Below, in pieces: positions 35,022-36,341 of a DNA stretch of 36,341 nucleotides; the first letter of the stretch is position 1, and each line of letters starts with the position of its first letter. Under the pieces are notes generated by a model that was given only the letters and a program-made list of their open reading frames with translations, ran no database searches and was not told where the DNA came from. The DNA is from a virus (lineage: Duplodnaviria; Caudoviricetes). The DNA is taken from positions 1 through 36,341 of the IMG/VR virus record IMGVR_UViG_3300038379_000459. One strand, written 5' to 3'. A program made the translations under genes and the position numbers.

Positions 35022-35569
35022 GAAGGGCGATTTTTGTATTACTATACATGGCTGCTATGGCTTCCGTTCGGTGCGGTGAAGAGTCTTGTGTTATAGGCGG
35101 AATGTGTCTTGCGCGAGAAACTATGGCGGCTATGCAGGACTATGAATCATGTATTAGGTTTGTGGCGCTTAAAGTGCGATATGGTAGTGATTTTGCAGAT
35201 CAAATAGTGGACTACAAACCAAGGCTGTGCATCACGGAGCGTCCAGAGTGTCCAGACGACAACTGTTTTAACGGCTCCGGTAAGTGTATCAGAAGCACTG
35301 GGTGTTATGACGGTTATGTGATCAAGATCAGCGTTCTGCAATGGAGCGAGTGTAGGCGTGGTGATAATACTGATTTTTGTGGACCAGCTGGTCATCCAGC
35401 TCTTGCGGCACAGAACGACTGGCAGCTGACAATGGTGCACGAAATTATCCACCTGATTCTTGCCTGGAAAACTGGTGACGCAGACGGAGGACATAGGTCA
35501 CCTGAGTGGGAAAACGAAAGCTCTTGGACAGACGAGTTCTTTGCCGGCAAAAGGGGTGTGCAGCTATGA
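35018..35569 (+). CDS. Exported Cys-rich zinc metallopeptidase-like protein
   Basis: Signal-peptide-like MRRAIFVLLYMAAMASVRC, 11 Cys, VHEIIH...GDADGGH. Confidence 0.6.
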   Translation: MRRAIFVLLYMAAMASVRCGEESCVIGGMCLARETMAAMQDYESCIRFVALKVRYGSDFADQIVDYKPRLCITERPECPDDNCFNGSGKCIRSTGCYDGYVIKISVLQWSECRRGDNTDFCGPAGHPALAAQNDWQLTMVHEIIHLILAWKTGDADGGHRSPEWENESSWTDEFFAGKRGVQL

Positions 35570-36111
35570 AACGCAGAACAGGACCTAGTCTTGGCGTCTA
35601 CTATCACAAGCGGGCTGACAAGTGGGAGGTGCGCATCACGGAGACTGACGGTAGGTGTAGGAGTATGTATGCGTCTGATAAAGCTCAGGCGGAGCTGATG
35701 CGAAGGGACATAGAAGAGGGGCTCAGAAAGAGCGAGCGTGAGGGCATCAAGCGCGCTGCAGTGGTTGACCTGGACGCCGTCCCTAAGCCCGATCTGGTAA
35801 AAATTCATGTAGCCAACAGAGAGAAATGGCTAGAACTGCTGGCAGAAGGAACTGCGCTGGTTAAGCACTCAATGGAGAGACTGGCCCAGGGCCTGGTGGA
35901 CAGCGAAGAGGATAAACGCATCAGGCGCCTTCTGGAGGCTGGCAACACAATGGCGGCCATGGTAACCGCTGCCAACAAAACAATCTCCTCTGGGGGCCTT
36001 GGGAGCGGCGGGTCCGCGCTGCCAGACCTGAGCACGTTAAGCACCGAGGACCTAAAGATAACCCTTAACCAGATGAAGATAGAGACAAACAATGGAAACA
36101 GCGATAGTTGA
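35566..36111 (+). CDS. AP2-like DNA-binding protein, possible terminase small subunit
   Basis: GVYYHKRADKWEVRI..DG AP2-like N-terminus, helical middle, DLSTLSTEDL tail seen in TerS-like proteins. Confidence 0.45.
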   Translation: MKRRTGPSLGVYYHKRADKWEVRITETDGRCRSMYASDKAQAELMRRDIEEGLRKSEREGIKRAAVVDLDAVPKPDLVKIHVANREKWLELLAEGTALVKHSMERLAQGLVDSEEDKRIRRLLEAGNTMAAMVTAANKTISSGGLGSGGSALPDLSTLSTEDLKITLNQMKIETNNGNSDS

Positions 36112-36193
36112 TTTTCTACAAACCGTCGGCATATTCGTGTGTATCATCTGGCTTATGATACTAAGCTATGGACATCACACAAATAGCGATTAA
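36092..36193 (+). CDS. Putative 33 aa single-TM peptide
   Basis: METAIVDFLQTVGIFVCIIWLMILSYGHHTNSD, translated by hand, weak RBS. Confidence 0.35.
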   Translation: METAIVDFLQTVGIFVCIIWLMILSYGHHTNSD

Positions 36194-36245
36194 ATCCCCT
36201 CCCCCCTAAGCTCAGCCAACGCCCACATCGCATTACATGTAATAC

Positions 36246-36263
36246 TGCGTAAACAATTACGCA
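36246..36263. promoter_or_regulatory. Palindromic site TGCGTAA-N4-TTACGCA (right-end copy)
   Basis: TGCGTAA ACAA TTACGCA, with identical arms at 62-79. Confidence 0.6.
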
Positions 36264-36273
36264 CTGGAGTCAA

Positions 36274-36313
36274 ATGACACCAGAATGTCACAGAATTGTC
36301 ACCAAATTGTCAC
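36274..36313 (+). repeat. Four 11-bp phased TG(T/A)CAC direct repeats (Pho-box-like)
   Basis: TGACAC 36275, TGTCAC 36286, 36297 and 36308. Confidence 0.8.
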
Positions 36314-36341
36314 ATTTCCACAAAAATCACGCGCGCAGATG

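Larger units (their letters stand above)
1..36341. mobile_element. Tailed dsDNA bacteriophage genome, podovirus-like, probably near-complete
   Basis: TerL-portal-scaffold-capsid-adaptor-nozzle order, no tape-measure or sheath gene, phage-type replication and lysis genes, no host housekeeping genes at either end. Confidence 0.93.

Noticed and set aside
1-36341. Direct terminal repeat
   Set aside because: Only ATG is shared between the last and first bases, which is too short to be evidence.

Overview
The window looks like a complete or nearly complete ~36.3 kb genome of a tailed dsDNA phage with podovirus-type organisation. A minus-strand late arm (15026-34632) runs GNAT, TerL, portal, scaffold, major capsid, adaptor, nozzle, three probable ejection proteins and small membrane/lysis genes. 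A mostly plus-strand early/middle arm encodes a UvrD-like helicase, stand-alone primase, SSB-like protein, RecJ, RuvC-like resolvase, Dam-type methylase, HD and DUF5664 nucleotide hydrolases, HNH proteins and an amidase. I recognised no DNA polymerase, replicative DnaB-type helicase, integrase, tRNA or CRISPR array. The most notable observations are: (1) a non-coding control region at 2515-2890 with convergent sigma70-type promoters, a probable ~175 nt sRNA with its own terminator, 9-bp phased repeats and a pseudoknot-capable leader; (2) a stand-alone DnaE (Pol III alpha) OB-domain protein that, with an SSB-type tail and a clamp-binding motif, suggests a host-replisome hijack kit; (3) matching palindromes near both contig ends plus Pho-box-like 11-bp repeats; (4) a three-copy unrecognised domain; (5) a leaderless metalloprotease + PQ-loop cassette. 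All calls come from motif reading by eye, and no database searches were run.
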